Below the pieces are notes generated by a model. It made no database searches. It saw only the letters and a list, made by a program, of their open reading frames with translations, and had not been told where the DNA came from. This document shows, piece after piece, positions 12,016-24,060 of a stretch of 64,000 bases of DNA. The translations under genes and the position numbers were made by a program. This DNA is from Antedon mediterranea (lineage: Eukaryota; Animalia; Echinodermata), in contig NC_092671.1 of the NCBI RefSeq assembly GCF_964355755.1, positions 32,870,304 to 32,934,303 of the forward strand. The letters run 5' to 3'. The number at the start of each line of letters is the position of its first letter. Position 1 is the stretch's first letter.

Positions 12016-13920
12016 GGGATCCAGTCAAGTCGCCCCATCGCAAAGTCGCCTCATACAAAGTCGCCCAATACAAAGTCGCCCCATCGCAAAGTCGCCCCAA
12101 AACAAAGTCGCCCCATCGCAAAGTCGCCCCATCGCAAAGTCGCCCACGGTTTTATTTCGGTATGATTATGAAGCGCCGCCGCTAGTAGTACGCTGTTTTA
12201 ATCATAATTCATATCGGTTGCGTTTGATATCGATTGCGTTGTTACTTTGGTCGCGCTAAATGTCGTATACATTATAATGTTTATCCTATTATATACATAA
12301 TTTGTGTTTTAAATTTTATTTTACAGGTTTTAATGGAGTGATGTGCTTTTTAAAAATAAAGAAATAGTCCCTTGTTTGAAAGTTCTAAAAAGATTATCCC
12401 TGATTTATAGTTTCGAAAATGTTAATTTAATATGATTTTAAAATTAGTTACCAGAGCCACAATTACGAATCTTTCTTCAACCTACGCGTGGATACCAGAT
12501 CTTTTTTTAGGATAATATAATTAATAAATGTATAAATGTGTAGTAGGCCTTCGTATAGATTTACAGTAGTTAAAACAATAACAGTGTTGTAATACAATGA
12601 GTGTTATAGGCTACTTATTGATCATTTTGCATTTATTGACAAGTTATGTGTCTTAATTTTATAATGACTTTTCAAAATGAAGAAAAAAAAAAAAAAAAAA
12701 TGTCATCGCCGATATGATTGTTTACATGCAGGTATTTTAGTAAAATTTAAAACGCTACATTTTGACCATGGAAAAACCATCGTACAGTATCGTGTGCGTG
12801 TTTTTTAAAAAGGGGAATCCCCGACGGTCAGCAGAAAGACGTAGCAGCTGTGAGGAAACAGATACCAGAAGGCGCAGCTCCGATTGGTTTCAGAGAATGT
12901 TTCAAATGGCGAGTCGCCTTTTATTCAACAGCACAATGATCATTTTACTGAAGAAATTCTTTTCAACCCTTTTGGTTATAGAACATTCTAATTATCATGC
13001 CTAATAAATATCCTCATATCGGGTGTTTATTTAATTTTAAATTAAACAAGACAGTGAAGAGGCAGGGAATAATACGTACACGGACGTACGACGAATACAC
13101 ACACGCACGTCATCATTTACGACATATAGTGGTGATATGATGCAATTTTATAATGGATATAATGATGGGATTGCCTTTCCAGGCTTAGGCCTACAATCAA
13201 TGTTCATTGTAATACTATGTATATAATAGTAAACTGAAAATTGTTTTACGTAATTTGTTGCATATAAAATAAAAGACACAGACGCAGCCTACGTTTCCTA
13301 TAAAATATTTCACATTTAAATAATTATGTACTGTTAAATCATAATGACATTATGCTGGATAATACTATAATCTTAAACTATATTTACAAATTGTCATTTT
13401 TTAAGGCACACATCTTTCTCATCATACTGACCTGTAAAATAAAAACAGAAATCAATTATTAATATAGGCCTAATAATAATAATAAATATTCATCGACCAA
13501 ATTAAAAATAATCTAGATCGTATAACATTATTTTATCGCGACCAAAATTAAACGCGGCCGATTTCGAACGCGACTGATATCGTAAAACTCCGGCGGGGTT
13601 TCCCCATCTTCAGATGGTGCGTTGTAGTGCGACAACGGCGGAGTAATTACGGGGGTTTCCCTCTGGTAAGCTAGCACGTTAGTGCGACCGCGGAGTGATT
13701 AGTCGGGGTTTCCTCTCTGATGATGGGGGTGCGTGCCGATCGTGTAACCTGAGACTACATGGCGGGGCTTCCCCTTTTATGCATACACGTTCCGTGTTAT
13801 TTTGTGTATCATTGCGACATTTTACGCACTTATAAACTATTTTTTAACGTTTTGGGGCGACTTTGCGATGGGGCGACTGTGTCGGGGCGACTTTGCGATG
13901 GGGCGACTTGACTAGCATCC
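12016..13920. mobile_element. Non-autonomous foldback DNA transposon (Mutator/MULE-like)
   Basis: Imperfect TIRs GGGATCCAGTCAAGTCGCCCCATCGCAAAGTCGCC... built of ~16-bp AAAGTCGCCCC repeats; GG...CC ends; 8-bp TSD GTGTAGGC (12008-12015, 13921-13928). The superfamily is inferred. Confidence 0.8.
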
Positions 13921-14577
13921 GTGTAGGCTAGGCCTCCTAGCTAGAGGCTAGGCCTAGCCTTGCTTGTTGTTTTGGACACAACTGTCTGTCCGACAGACTG
14001 GCCTAGTCAGGCTAGGCCTAGTAGTAGTATTATAGGTTATGGCCTAGCAGCAACTGTGTGTGTTGTTGTATGTACATATAATGCTGGCCTGTTTGTTTGC
14101 TCTGTATATATTGAAACCATTCAAAAAGTTGAAGTTGATGAGTGCTGCACGTCGTCTGTTCACTACGTCATATGTTGATTACAAAATACAACTGTTTTAC
14201 TTTTGATTTGAGTAAAACTGTACGCCACGCAGTACAATTTTACAATACAGACTACATTTTTATTTATTTAGTAGATTTAGGCAAAAAATGTGTTAAAGAA
14301 AAGACTGTTAATGTGTGTTCAAGAAACGAAACAACCTGTAAGCTGCCCTTGTATATAGGCCTATACAGTATCATCATACAGTATATTATAAATTGCTTGT
14401 ATTGTACTGAAAGGCATGAAAAAGAACATAACATGATGGTAAGTACCATCATAATTATCATTTTAAAACAAGCAAGGATGTACAGTAGGCTTAGTCTTAA
14501 ACATTCACCTTGAACATTATCCTGGAATAACATGTACAGTTACTGTATGCCTTTACTAAGAATAAAGAAAGACCAAA

Positions 14578-15120
14578 ATGAAATATAAATGTGAACATTG
14601 TGGAAATAAATTTGAATTAAGTGATTTGAAGAAACATTTAGGTATACATTTGCAATCTGATGAAGAGATACAATATAAACTCTGTGAAAAGACATTTGAC
14701 GAAGGAGTTGAACAAGCAAAAATAGACCTACCTGTTCATTTGAGAGTAGGCCTACACAAGGAAGAGACACTATATCAGTGTGAACATTGTGGAAAGGAAT
14801 TTAAACAAAATGATTATTTGAAGAAACATTTGAGAATACACACAGGAGAGACACCATATGAATGTGAACATTGTGGAAAGAAATTTAAACAGAAGAGTTA
14901 TTTGAAGAAACATTTAAAAATACACACAGGAGAGACACCATATGAATGTGAATATTGTGGGAAGAAGTTTAAGTGGAATACGAACTTGAAAAGGCATTTG
15001 TTACTAATACACACTGGAGGTGAGGCACTGTATGAATGTGAATATTGTGGGAAGAAATTTAAACAGAATGGAGGTTTGAAGAGACATTTTGAGAATGCAC
15101 ACATGGGAGACACCATATGA
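14578..15120 (+). CDS. C2H2 zinc-finger protein, A-type copy 2 (four fingers fewer than copy 1)
   Basis: Nearly identical to 564-1442 apart from exactly 112 aa (4 x 28) that are absent. Confidence 0.82.
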   Translation: MKYKCEHCGNKFELSDLKKHLGIHLQSDEEIQYKLCEKTFDEGVEQAKIDLPVHLRVGLHKEETLYQCEHCGKEFKQNDYLKKHLRIHTGETPYECEHCGKKFKQKSYLKKHLKIHTGETPYECEYCGKKFKWNTNLKRHLLLIHTGGEALYECEYCGKKFKQNGGLKRHFENAHMGDTI

Positions 15121-15961
15121 ATGTGAAATTTGGAGATGACATTTAATGTACTGTACTGTAATAGAAAAACTGTAAAACATTTGAGAATACACACAGGAGA
15201 AAAACCATTTGGATGTGAACATTGAAGAAAGAAATTTAAACACCACAGTATGGCATTGGGGAGTTAAAGAACATTAGAGAATGCACACAGGAGAGAACCA
15301 TTTGAATGTGAACATTGTGAGAGATTTAAATCAAAAAGCAATTTGAAATCAATACGAGAATACAAATCTTGAAACACATGTGATGTTGTGTTACTAAATA
15401 CTCCTTGAGAAATCTAGATAAAAGTAAAGTAACTAAGTGTGATTTCATGTACCTTTAAAATCAATTCAAATAGTGTTCAACATTTCATTGGTAACAACAA
15501 AACAGAGAACCACAGAGGGCAGTCTTTATTTTCGGAATAAACTTATCCATATTTTGACATTAAAAAATGTTCAAAACGTACAATTTTTAATACAGTATAC
15601 ACAATTATTATCATTAAATGTAATGTTAGCAGCATGTACTGTACTTGATAACATTTTATATCATAAAACCTTACCTAGCGATAGAGGGCATACAGATTAG
15701 ATTAGTATGACCCGGCCTAAAATAGTATTAGTAGTACAGTAGTAATGTAGTAGTGTTATTATATTATAATTTACACTACATAAAGAACTCTGGATTACTC
15801 TACTACTAACTGTAATCAAGCCCCACCATGTGACAGTAAATGACACAATATTTAGAGTGTTATTTGCATTTTCATCAATAAAATTATACTTTTGCGGCGA
15901 TTTTGGTGTAAAAAATGTTAATTAATCGATCCGCCTCGAGAATGTTTAATGCGTCAATAAT

Positions 15962-16218
15962 TTTTATTTATTATTTATTAAAACATATTTCAGCAGGATA
16001 ACATAATTCAAATAAGAAAAGATCACAATTTTCTGTTTTTCAATATGGTCCTGCATACAACTTAAAAACAAGAATTAAAAATCCAAGACAAAAAAATACA
16101 ACAATCAGTAAATATACAACGTTAAAAAGAAAAAGTATGGAAAAACAATTATTTTTTTGAGAAATGCTTTTTATAATTAATTTTAAAACTATTAATAGAC
16201 AAACTATCTTGAATATAT
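15962..16218 (-). mobile_element. Copy-specific AT-rich insertion, probably a retroelement 3' tail
   Basis: Interrupts GCGTCAATAAT|GTGGGTATTTC, which is contiguous in the paralog at ~2237-2258. Begins with a TTTA-rich tract. Confidence 0.5.
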
Positions 16219-16690
16219 GTGGGTATTTCATCAACTAGTATGTTGGCATTGACATATGACGGCAAATACAATGTTGACACGATTATTACAACATAGATTT
16301 TCAACATTTTTTACAACAAAGTCGCTGGTTGTAATTGAGAGAGCTTAGTATTTATTTTAGGAGGACTCCTCCAGCACCACTGAAACCATCCTGATGAGCT
16401 TTGCAACTGGTCTGTTTAAAAAGTATAATTAAAAAGGCTGTAATGTCACACAGTATTGTGATCAGTAATTGTATAATTTGATTCAATTTTTAGGCAAAAT
16501 TGTGCTAAAAGAAACGAAACCAGAGTGCAGCAATTGTTAACCTGTTGGCCACATTGTATGCAACAGTACCGCCTAGGCTAGTGCAAAGAGAAAAAGAACA
16601 TAATACTATCATTGTTTAAGGCCTAGTTGAACGTTCGGACTAGCCACAAGAATATACATGCATAAAGATTAAGAATAAAGAAAGAACAAA

Positions 16691-18316
16691 ATGAAATATA
16701 AATGTGAACATTGTGGAGATAAATTTGAGTTCAGTGATTTGAAGAAACATTTAGGAATACATATGCAACGTGATAAAGAGATAAAACATGAAGTCTGTGA
16801 AGAAACATTTAATGAAGGAGTTGATTTTAAGCAACACCAAACAAACGAAATCAACCAACATTTGAGAGTAGGCCTACACAAGGAAGAGACACAAAAATAT
16901 AAATGGGAACATTGTGGAAAGGAATTTAAAAAAATTGAGAATTTTAAAGTACATTTAAGAGAGACACCATATGAATGTGAACATTGTGGAAATAATTTTC
17001 ACCACAATAGCAATTTGAAATCACATTTGCTAATACACACGGGAGAGACACCATATGAATGTGAACATTGCGGAAAGAAATTTAAACAAAGTGGGCATTT
17101 GAGATCACATTTGCTAATACACACAGGAGAGACACCATATGAATGTGAAAATTGTGGAAAGAAATTTAAACAAAGTGGGCATTTGAAATCACATTTGCTA
17201 ATACACACAGGAGAGACACCATATGAATGTGAAAATTGTGGAAAGAAATTTAAACAAAGTGGGCATTTGAAATCACATTTGCTAATACACACAGGAAAGA
17301 CACCATATGAATGTAAAAATTGTGGAAAGAAATTTAAACATAATTCGGATTTGAATAGACATTTGCTAATACACACAGGAGAGACACCATTTGAATGTGA
17401 ACATTGTGGAACGAAATTTAAACAGAAGGGGGATTTGAATAGGCATTTGCTAATACACACAGGAGAGACACCATATGAATGTGAATATTGTGGAAAGAAA
17501 TTTAAACTGAATAATCATTTGAAGAAACATTTACGAATACACACAGGAGAGACACCATATGAATGTGAACATTGTGGGAAAAAATTTAAACAAAATGGGC
17601 ATTTGAAAAGACATTTGAGAGTACACACAGGAGAGACACCATATGAATGTGAACATTGTGGGAAAAAATTTAAACGGAATGAGGATTTAAAGGAACATTT
17701 AAGAATACACATGGGAGAGACACCATATGAATGTGAACATTGTGGAAAGAAATTTAAACAGAAGTGGGATTTGAATAGACATTTGCTAATACACACAGGA
17801 GAGACACCATTTGAATGTGAACATTGTGAAAAGAAATTTAAACAGAAGGGGCATTTAAATAGGCATTTGCTATTACACAAAGGAGAGACACCATATGAAT
17901 GTGAAATTTGTGGAAAGAAATTTAAACTGAATAATTATTTGAAGAAACATTTAAAAATACACACAGGAGAGACACCATATGAATGTGAACATTGTAGAAA
18001 AACATTTAAACAAAGTTGGCATTTGAAAAGACATTTGAGAGTACACACAGGAGAGAGACCATATGAATGTGAACATTGTGGGAAAAAATTTAAAGAACAT
18101 CAGAATATAAAGGAACATTTAAGAATACACACAGGAGAGACACCATATGAATGTGAACATTGTGGAAAGAAATTTAAACAAAGTAGGAATTTGAAAAGAC
18201 ATTTGAGAGTACACACAGGAGAGAGACCATATGAATGTGAACATTGTGGGAAGAGATTTAAATCAAAAAGCAATTTTGAATCGCATATGAGAATACAAAT
18301 CTTGAAACACATGTGA
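16691..18316 (+). CDS. C2H2 zinc-finger protein, B-type copy 2 (~16 intact tandem fingers plus one broken finger)
   Basis: 541-aa ORF. The first array finger has C>W and lacks IHTG. Confidence 0.88.
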   Translation: MKYKCEHCGDKFEFSDLKKHLGIHMQRDKEIKHEVCEETFNEGVDFKQHQTNEINQHLRVGLHKEETQKYKWEHCGKEFKKIENFKVHLRETPYECEHCGNNFHHNSNLKSHLLIHTGETPYECEHCGKKFKQSGHLRSHLLIHTGETPYECENCGKKFKQSGHLKSHLLIHTGETPYECENCGKKFKQSGHLKSHLLIHTGKTPYECKNCGKKFKHNSDLNRHLLIHTGETPFECEHCGTKFKQKGDLNRHLLIHTGETPYECEYCGKKFKLNNHLKKHLRIHTGETPYECEHCGKKFKQNGHLKRHLRVHTGETPYECEHCGKKFKRNEDLKEHLRIHMGETPYECEHCGKKFKQKWDLNRHLLIHTGETPFECEHCEKKFKQKGHLNRHLLLHKGETPYECEICGKKFKLNNYLKKHLKIHTGETPYECEHCRKTFKQSWHLKRHLRVHTGERPYECEHCGKKFKEHQNIKEHLRIHTGETPYECEHCGKKFKQSRNLKRHLRVHTGERPYECEHCGKRFKSKSNFESHMRIQILKHM

Positions 18317-19333
18317 TGTTGTGTTACTAAATACTCTTGGAGAAATCTAGATAACAGTAAAGTAACTTTTCCCCCGCAATGTGATTTTCATGTACCTTTA
18401 AAATCAATTAAAATAGTGTTCAACATTTTATTGGTAAAACAACAAAACAGAGAGCCACAGAGAGTACTGTAGTCTTTATTTTCAGAATAAACTTATCAAT
18501 GTTTTGACAGTTTTTTACATTAAAAAATGTACAATTAAATATCTCAATTATTATCATTAAATGTAATGTTAGCAGCATGTAATGTACAGTACTTGATAAC
18601 ATTTTATATCATAAAACCTTACCTAGCGATACAGGCCTGGCATACAGATTAGATTAGTATGACCCGGCCTAAAATATATATTTACACTACATACAGAACT
18701 CTGGATTACTCTACTAACTGTAATCAAGCCCCACCATGTGACAGTAAATCCCACAATATTAGAGTGTTAATTGCATTTTCATCAATAAAATTATACTTTT
18801 GAGGCGATTTTGGTGTAAAAAACTGTTAATCGATCCACCTCGAGAATGTGCAATGCGCCAATAATGTGGGTATTTCATCAACTAGTATGTTTGCATTGAC
18901 ATATGACGGCAAATACAATGTTGACGTGATTATTAAAACAGATTTTCAACATTTTTTACAACAAACTCGCTGTTTGTAATTGAGAGAGCTTGGTATTTAT
19001 TTTAGGAGGACTCCTCCAGCACCACTGAAACCATCCTGATGAGCTCTGCAACTGGTCTGTTTAAAAAGTATAATTAAAAAGGCTGTAATGTCACACAGTA
19101 TTGTGATCAGTAATTGTATAATTTGATTCAATTTTTAGGCAAAATTGTGCTGAAGAAACGAAACCGAGTGCAGCAATTGTTAACATGTTGGCCACATTGT
19201 ATGCAACAGTACCGCCTAGGCTAGTGCAAAGAGAAAAAGAACATAATACGATCATCGTTTAAGGCCTAGTTGAACATTCGGACTAGCCACAAGAATATAC
19301 ATGCATAAAGATTAAGAATAAAGAAAGATCAAA

Positions 19334-21130
19334 ATGAAATATAAATGTGAACATTGTGGAGATAAATTTGAGTTCAGTGATTTGAAGAAACATTTAGGAA
19401 TACATATGCAACGTGATAAAGAGATAAAACATGAAGTCTGTGAAGAAACATTTAATGAAGGAGTTGATTTTAAGCAACACCAAACAAACGAAATCAACCA
19501 ACATTTGAGAGTAGGCCTACACAAGGAAGAGACACAAAAATATAAATGTGAACATTGTGGAAATAATTTTCACCATAATAGCAATTTGAAATCACATTTG
19601 CTAATACACACGGGAGAGACACCATATGAATGTGAACATTGCGGAAAGAAATTTAAACAAAGTGGGCATTTGAAATCACATTTGCTAATACACACAGGAG
19701 AGACACCATATCAATGTGAAAATTGTGGAAAGAAATTTAAACAAAGTGGGCATTTGAGAACACATTTGCTAATACACACAGGAGAGACACCATATGAATG
19801 TGAAAATTGTGGAAAGAAATTTAAACAAAGTGGGCATTTGAGAACACATTTGCTAATACACACAGGAGAGACACCATATGAATGTGAAAATTGTGGAAAG
19901 AAATTTAAACAAAGTGGGCATTTGAAATCACATTTGCTAATACACACAGGAGAGACACCATACGAATGTGAAAATTGTGGAAAGAAATTTAAACATAATT
20001 CGGATTTGAATAGACATTTGCTAATACACACAGGAGAGACACCATTTGAATGTGAACATTGTGGAACGAAATTTAAACAGAAGTGGGATTTGAATAGGCA
20101 TTTGCTAATACACACAGGACAGACACCATATGAATGTGAATATTGTGGAAAGAAATTTAAACTGAATAATCATTTGAAAAAACATTTACGAATACACACA
20201 GGAGAGACACCATATGAATGTGAACATTGTGGGAAAAAATTTAAACAAAGTGGGCATTTGAATAGGCATTTGCTAATACACACAGGACAGACACCATATG
20301 AATGTGAATATTGTGGAAAGAAATTTAAACTGAATAATCATTTGAAAAAACATTTACGAATACACACAGGAGAGACACCATATGAATGTGAACATTGTGG
20401 GAAAAAATTTAAACAAAGTGGGCATTTGAATAGGCATTTGCTAATACACACAGGACAGACACCATATGAATGTGAATATTGTGGAAAGAAATTTAAACTG
20501 AATAATCATTTGAAGAAACATTTACGAATACACACAGGAGAGACACCATATGAATGTGAACATTGTGGGAAAAAATTTAAACAAAGTGGGCATTTGAAAA
20601 GACATTTGAGAGTACACACAGGAGAGACACCATATGAATGTGAACATTGTGGGAAAAAATTTAAACGGAATGAGGATTTAAAGGAACATTTAAGAATACA
20701 CACGGGAGAGACACCATATGAATGTGAACATTGTGGAAAGAAATTTAAACAGAATTGGGATTTGAATAGACATTTGCTAACACACACAGGAGAGACACCA
20801 TATGAATGTGAATATTGTGGAAAGAAATTTAAACTGAATAATTATTTAAAGAAACATGTAAAAATACACAAAGGAGAGACACCATTTGAATGTGAACATT
20901 GTGAGAAAAAATTTAAACAAAGTCGGTATTTAAAGGAACATTTAAGAATACACACAGGAGAGACACCATATGAATGTAAACATTGTGGAAAGAAATTTAA
21001 ACAAAGTGGGAATATGAAAAAACATTTGAGAGTACACACAGGAGAGAGACCATATGAATGTGAACATTGTGGGAAGAGATTTAAATCAAAAAGCAATTTG
21101 AAATCACATATGAGAATACAAATAAAATAG
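19334..21130 (+). CDS. C2H2 zinc-finger protein, B-type copy 3 (19 tandem fingers)
   Basis: 598-aa ORF with an internal LNNH/QSGH finger doublet repeated three times. Confidence 0.88.
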   Translation: MKYKCEHCGDKFEFSDLKKHLGIHMQRDKEIKHEVCEETFNEGVDFKQHQTNEINQHLRVGLHKEETQKYKCEHCGNNFHHNSNLKSHLLIHTGETPYECEHCGKKFKQSGHLKSHLLIHTGETPYQCENCGKKFKQSGHLRTHLLIHTGETPYECENCGKKFKQSGHLRTHLLIHTGETPYECENCGKKFKQSGHLKSHLLIHTGETPYECENCGKKFKHNSDLNRHLLIHTGETPFECEHCGTKFKQKWDLNRHLLIHTGQTPYECEYCGKKFKLNNHLKKHLRIHTGETPYECEHCGKKFKQSGHLNRHLLIHTGQTPYECEYCGKKFKLNNHLKKHLRIHTGETPYECEHCGKKFKQSGHLNRHLLIHTGQTPYECEYCGKKFKLNNHLKKHLRIHTGETPYECEHCGKKFKQSGHLKRHLRVHTGETPYECEHCGKKFKRNEDLKEHLRIHTGETPYECEHCGKKFKQNWDLNRHLLTHTGETPYECEYCGKKFKLNNYLKKHVKIHKGETPFECEHCEKKFKQSRYLKEHLRIHTGETPYECKHCGKKFKQSGNMKKHLRVHTGERPYECEHCGKRFKSKSNLKSHMRIQIK

Positions 21131-21977
21131 TTTTCAACATTTCATTGGTAACAACAAAACAGAGAGCCACAGAGGGTAGTCTTTATTTTCGGAATAAACT
21201 TATCCATATTGTGACATTTTTTTACATTAAAAAATGTTCAAAACGTACAATTTAATAGCACGATTATTATCATTAAATGTAATGTTAGCAGCATGTTCTG
21301 TACTTAATAACATTTTATGATCATAAAACCTTACTTAGCGATAGAGGGCATACAGATTAGATTAGTATGACTTGGCCTAAAATAGTATTAGTACTGTACA
21401 AAGTAAAATAGTAGTATTATTATATTATAATTTACACTACATACAGAAATCTGGATTACTCTTCTACTAACTGTAATCAAGCCCCACCATGTGACAGTAA
21501 ATGACACAATATTTAGAGTGTTAATTGCATTTTCATCAATAAATTTATACTTTTGAGGCGATTTTGGTGTAAAAAATGTTAAATATTATCGATCCGCCTC
21601 GAGAAATGTGCAATGCGTCAATAATGCGGGGTATTTCATCAACTAGTTTTTACAACAAAGTCGCTGGTTGTAATTGAGAGAGCTTGGTATTTATTTTAGG
21701 AGGACTCCTCCAGCACCACTGAAACCATCCTGATGAGCTCTGCAACTGGTCTGTTTAAAAGGAATAATTAAAAAGGTTGTAATGTCACTCAGTATTTTGA
21801 TCAGTAATTGTATAATTTGATTCAATTTTTAGGCAAAATTGTGCTAAAGAAACGAAACCAGAGTGCAGCAATTGTTAACCTGTTGGCCACATTGTATGCA
21901 ACAGTACTGCCTAGGCTAGTGCAAAGAGAAAAGAACATAATACTATCATCGTTTAAGGCCTAGTTGAACGTTCGAAT

Positions 21978-23825
21978 ATGAAAATGAAATATAAATGTGA
22001 ACATTGTGGAGATAAATTTGAGTTCAGTGATTTGAAGAAACATTTAGGAATACATATGCAACGTGATAAAGAGATAAAACATGAAGTCTGTGAAGAAACA
22101 TTTAATGAAGGAGTTGATTTTAAGCAACACCAAACAAACGAAATCGACCAACATTTGAGAGTAGGCCTACACAAGGAAGAGACACAAAAATATAAATGTG
22201 AACATTGTGGAAAGGAATTTAAACAAAATAGGAATTTTAAAGTTCATTTAAGAATACACACAGGATATGAATGCAAAAAGAAAACAAAACAGTATATGAA
22301 GAAACAAACATTACACACAGCAGAGAAACCATATCAATGTGAACATTGTGGGAACAAATTTAAACAGAATGGAGATTTAAAGATGCATTTAAGAGTACAC
22401 AGTGGGAAAAAATTTAAACAAAGTGGGCATTTGAAAAGACATTTGAGAGTACACACAGGAGAGACACCATATGAATGTGAAAATTGTGGAAAGAAATTTA
22501 AACAGAATTGGGATTTGAATAGACATTTGCTAATACACACAAGAGAGACACAATATGAATGTGAATATTGTGGAAAGAAATTTAAACAGAATTTGGATTT
22601 GAATAGACATTTGCTAATACACACAGGAGAGACACCATTTGAATGTGAACATTGTGAAAAGAAATTTAAGCAAAGCGGGCATTTGAAATCACATTTGCTA
22701 ATACACACAGTAGAGACACCATATGAATGTGAATATTGTGGAAAGAAATTTAAACAAAGTGGGCATTTGAAAAGACATTTGAGAGTACACATAGGAGAGA
22801 GACCATATGAATGTGAACATTGTGGGAAAAAATTTAAACGGAATGAGGATTTAAAGGAACATTTAAGAATACACACGGGAGAGACACCATATGAATGTGA
22901 ACATTGTGGAAAGAAATTTAAACGGAAGTGGGATTTGAAAAGACATTTGCTAATACACACAGGAGAGACAACATATGAATGTGAACATTGTGAGAAAAAA
23001 TTTAAACGGAATGAGGATTTAAAGGAACATTTAAGAATACACACGGGAGATACACCATATGAATGTGAACATTGTGGAAAGAAATTTAAACGGAAGTGGG
23101 ATTTGAAAAGACATTTGCTAATACACACAGGAGAGACAACATATGAATGTGAACATTGTGAGAAAAAATTTAAACGGAATGAGGATTTAAAGGAACATTT
23201 AAGAATACACACGGGAGATACACCATATGAATGTGAACATTGTGGAAAGAAATTTAAACGGAAGGGGGATTTGAAAAGACATTTGCTAATACACACAGTA
23301 GAGACACCATTTGAATGTGAACATTGTGGGAAAAAATTTAAATCAAAGGGCAATTTAAAAGCACATTTGATGGTACACACAGGAGAGAGACCATATGAAT
23401 GTGAACATTGCAGAAAGAAATTTAAACGGAATGCAAATTTGAAAGCACATTTGATGGTACACACAGGAGAAAAACCATATGAATGTGAACATTGCGGAAA
23501 GAAATTTAAACATAATGGGGATTTGAATAGGCATTTACTAATACACACAGGAGAGACACCATTTGAATGTGAACATTGTGGAAATAAATTTAAACAGAAG
23601 AGTTATTTGAAGAAACATTTAAAAATACACACAGGAGAGACACCATATGAATGTGAATATTGTGGGAAGAAGTTTAAGTGGAATGCGAATTTGAAAAGGC
23701 ACCTGTTGCTAATACACACTGGAGGTGAGGCACTGTTTGAATGTGAATACTGTGGGAAGAAATTTAAACAGAATGGGGGTTTGAAAAGACATTTTGAGAA
23801 TGCACACATAGGAGAGACCATATGA
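21978..23825 (+). CDS. C2H2 zinc-finger protein, chimeric copy (B-type N-terminus, A-type C-terminal fingers)
   Basis: 615-aa ORF with an RNED/RKWD doublet repeated three times; ends ...[12 protein letters not shown]...[13 protein letters not shown] like the A-type. Confidence 0.88.
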   Translation: MKMKYKCEHCGDKFEFSDLKKHLGIHMQRDKEIKHEVCEETFNEGVDFKQHQTNEIDQHLRVGLHKEETQKYKCEHCGKEFKQNRNFKVHLRIHTGYECKKKTKQYMKKQTLHTAEKPYQCEHCGNKFKQNGDLKMHLRVHSGKKFKQSGHLKRHLRVHTGETPYECENCGKKFKQNWDLNRHLLIHTRETQYECEYCGKKFKQNLDLNRHLLIHTGETPFECEHCEKKFKQSGHLKSHLLIHTVETPYECEYCGKKFKQSGHLKRHLRVHIGERPYECEHCGKKFKRNEDLKEHLRIHTGETPYECEHCGKKFKRKWDLKRHLLIHTGETTYECEHCEKKFKRNEDLKEHLRIHTGDTPYECEHCGKKFKRKWDLKRHLLIHTGETTYECEHCEKKFKRNEDLKEHLRIHTGDTPYECEHCGKKFKRKGDLKRHLLIHTVETPFECEHCGKKFKSKGNLKAHLMVHTGERPYECEHCRKKFKRNANLKAHLMVHTGEKPYECEHCGKKFKHNGDLNRHLLIHTGETPFECEHCGNKFKQKSYLKKHLKIHTGETPYECEYCGKKFKWNANLKRHLLLIHTGGEALFECEYCGKKFKQNGGLKRHFENAHIGETI

Positions 23826-23950
23826 ATGTGAACATTGAAGAAAGAAACTTAAACAGTATGGCATTGTTGAGTTAAAGAAACATTAGAGAATACACATACT
23901 AACTAGGAGACTAGAGACACCATTTGAATGTAAACATTGGAGAAACATTT

Positions 23951-24060
23951 ATATGGCTTTACCACGTTGAAACACCGGTTCTATACGGCTTTACCACGTT
24001 GAAACACCGGTTCTCGTCAGATCACCAAAGTTAAGCAACATTGGGCCTGGTTAGAACTTT
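23951..24060 (+). mobile_element. Truncated 5S rRNA-derived SINE head (or 5S pseudogene) with a duplicated 5' part
   Basis: TACGGCTTTACCACGTTGAAACACCGGTTCTCGTCAGATCACCAAAGTTAAGCAACATTGGGCCTGGTTAGAACTT matches the 5' two-thirds of eukaryotic 5S rRNA and the SINE head ending at 49422. Confidence 0.8.

Larger units (their letters stand above)
14009..19238 (+). repeat. Segmental duplication, copy 2 (A+B zinc-finger block)
   Basis: Colinear with 1-4943 except for the finger arrays and a ~260-bp insertion at 15962-16218. Confidence 0.92.

Noticed and set aside
800-23821. Many minus-strand ORFs ([18 protein letters not shown] repeats, up to 404 aa)
   Set aside because: These are antisense shadows of C2H2 finger codons, a well-known artefact.
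564-23825. Calling the ZNF arrays PRDM9
   Set aside because: No PR/SET, KRAB or SSXRD coding sequence was seen, and in-frame stops precede most of the ORFs. Only the mode of evolution is similar.
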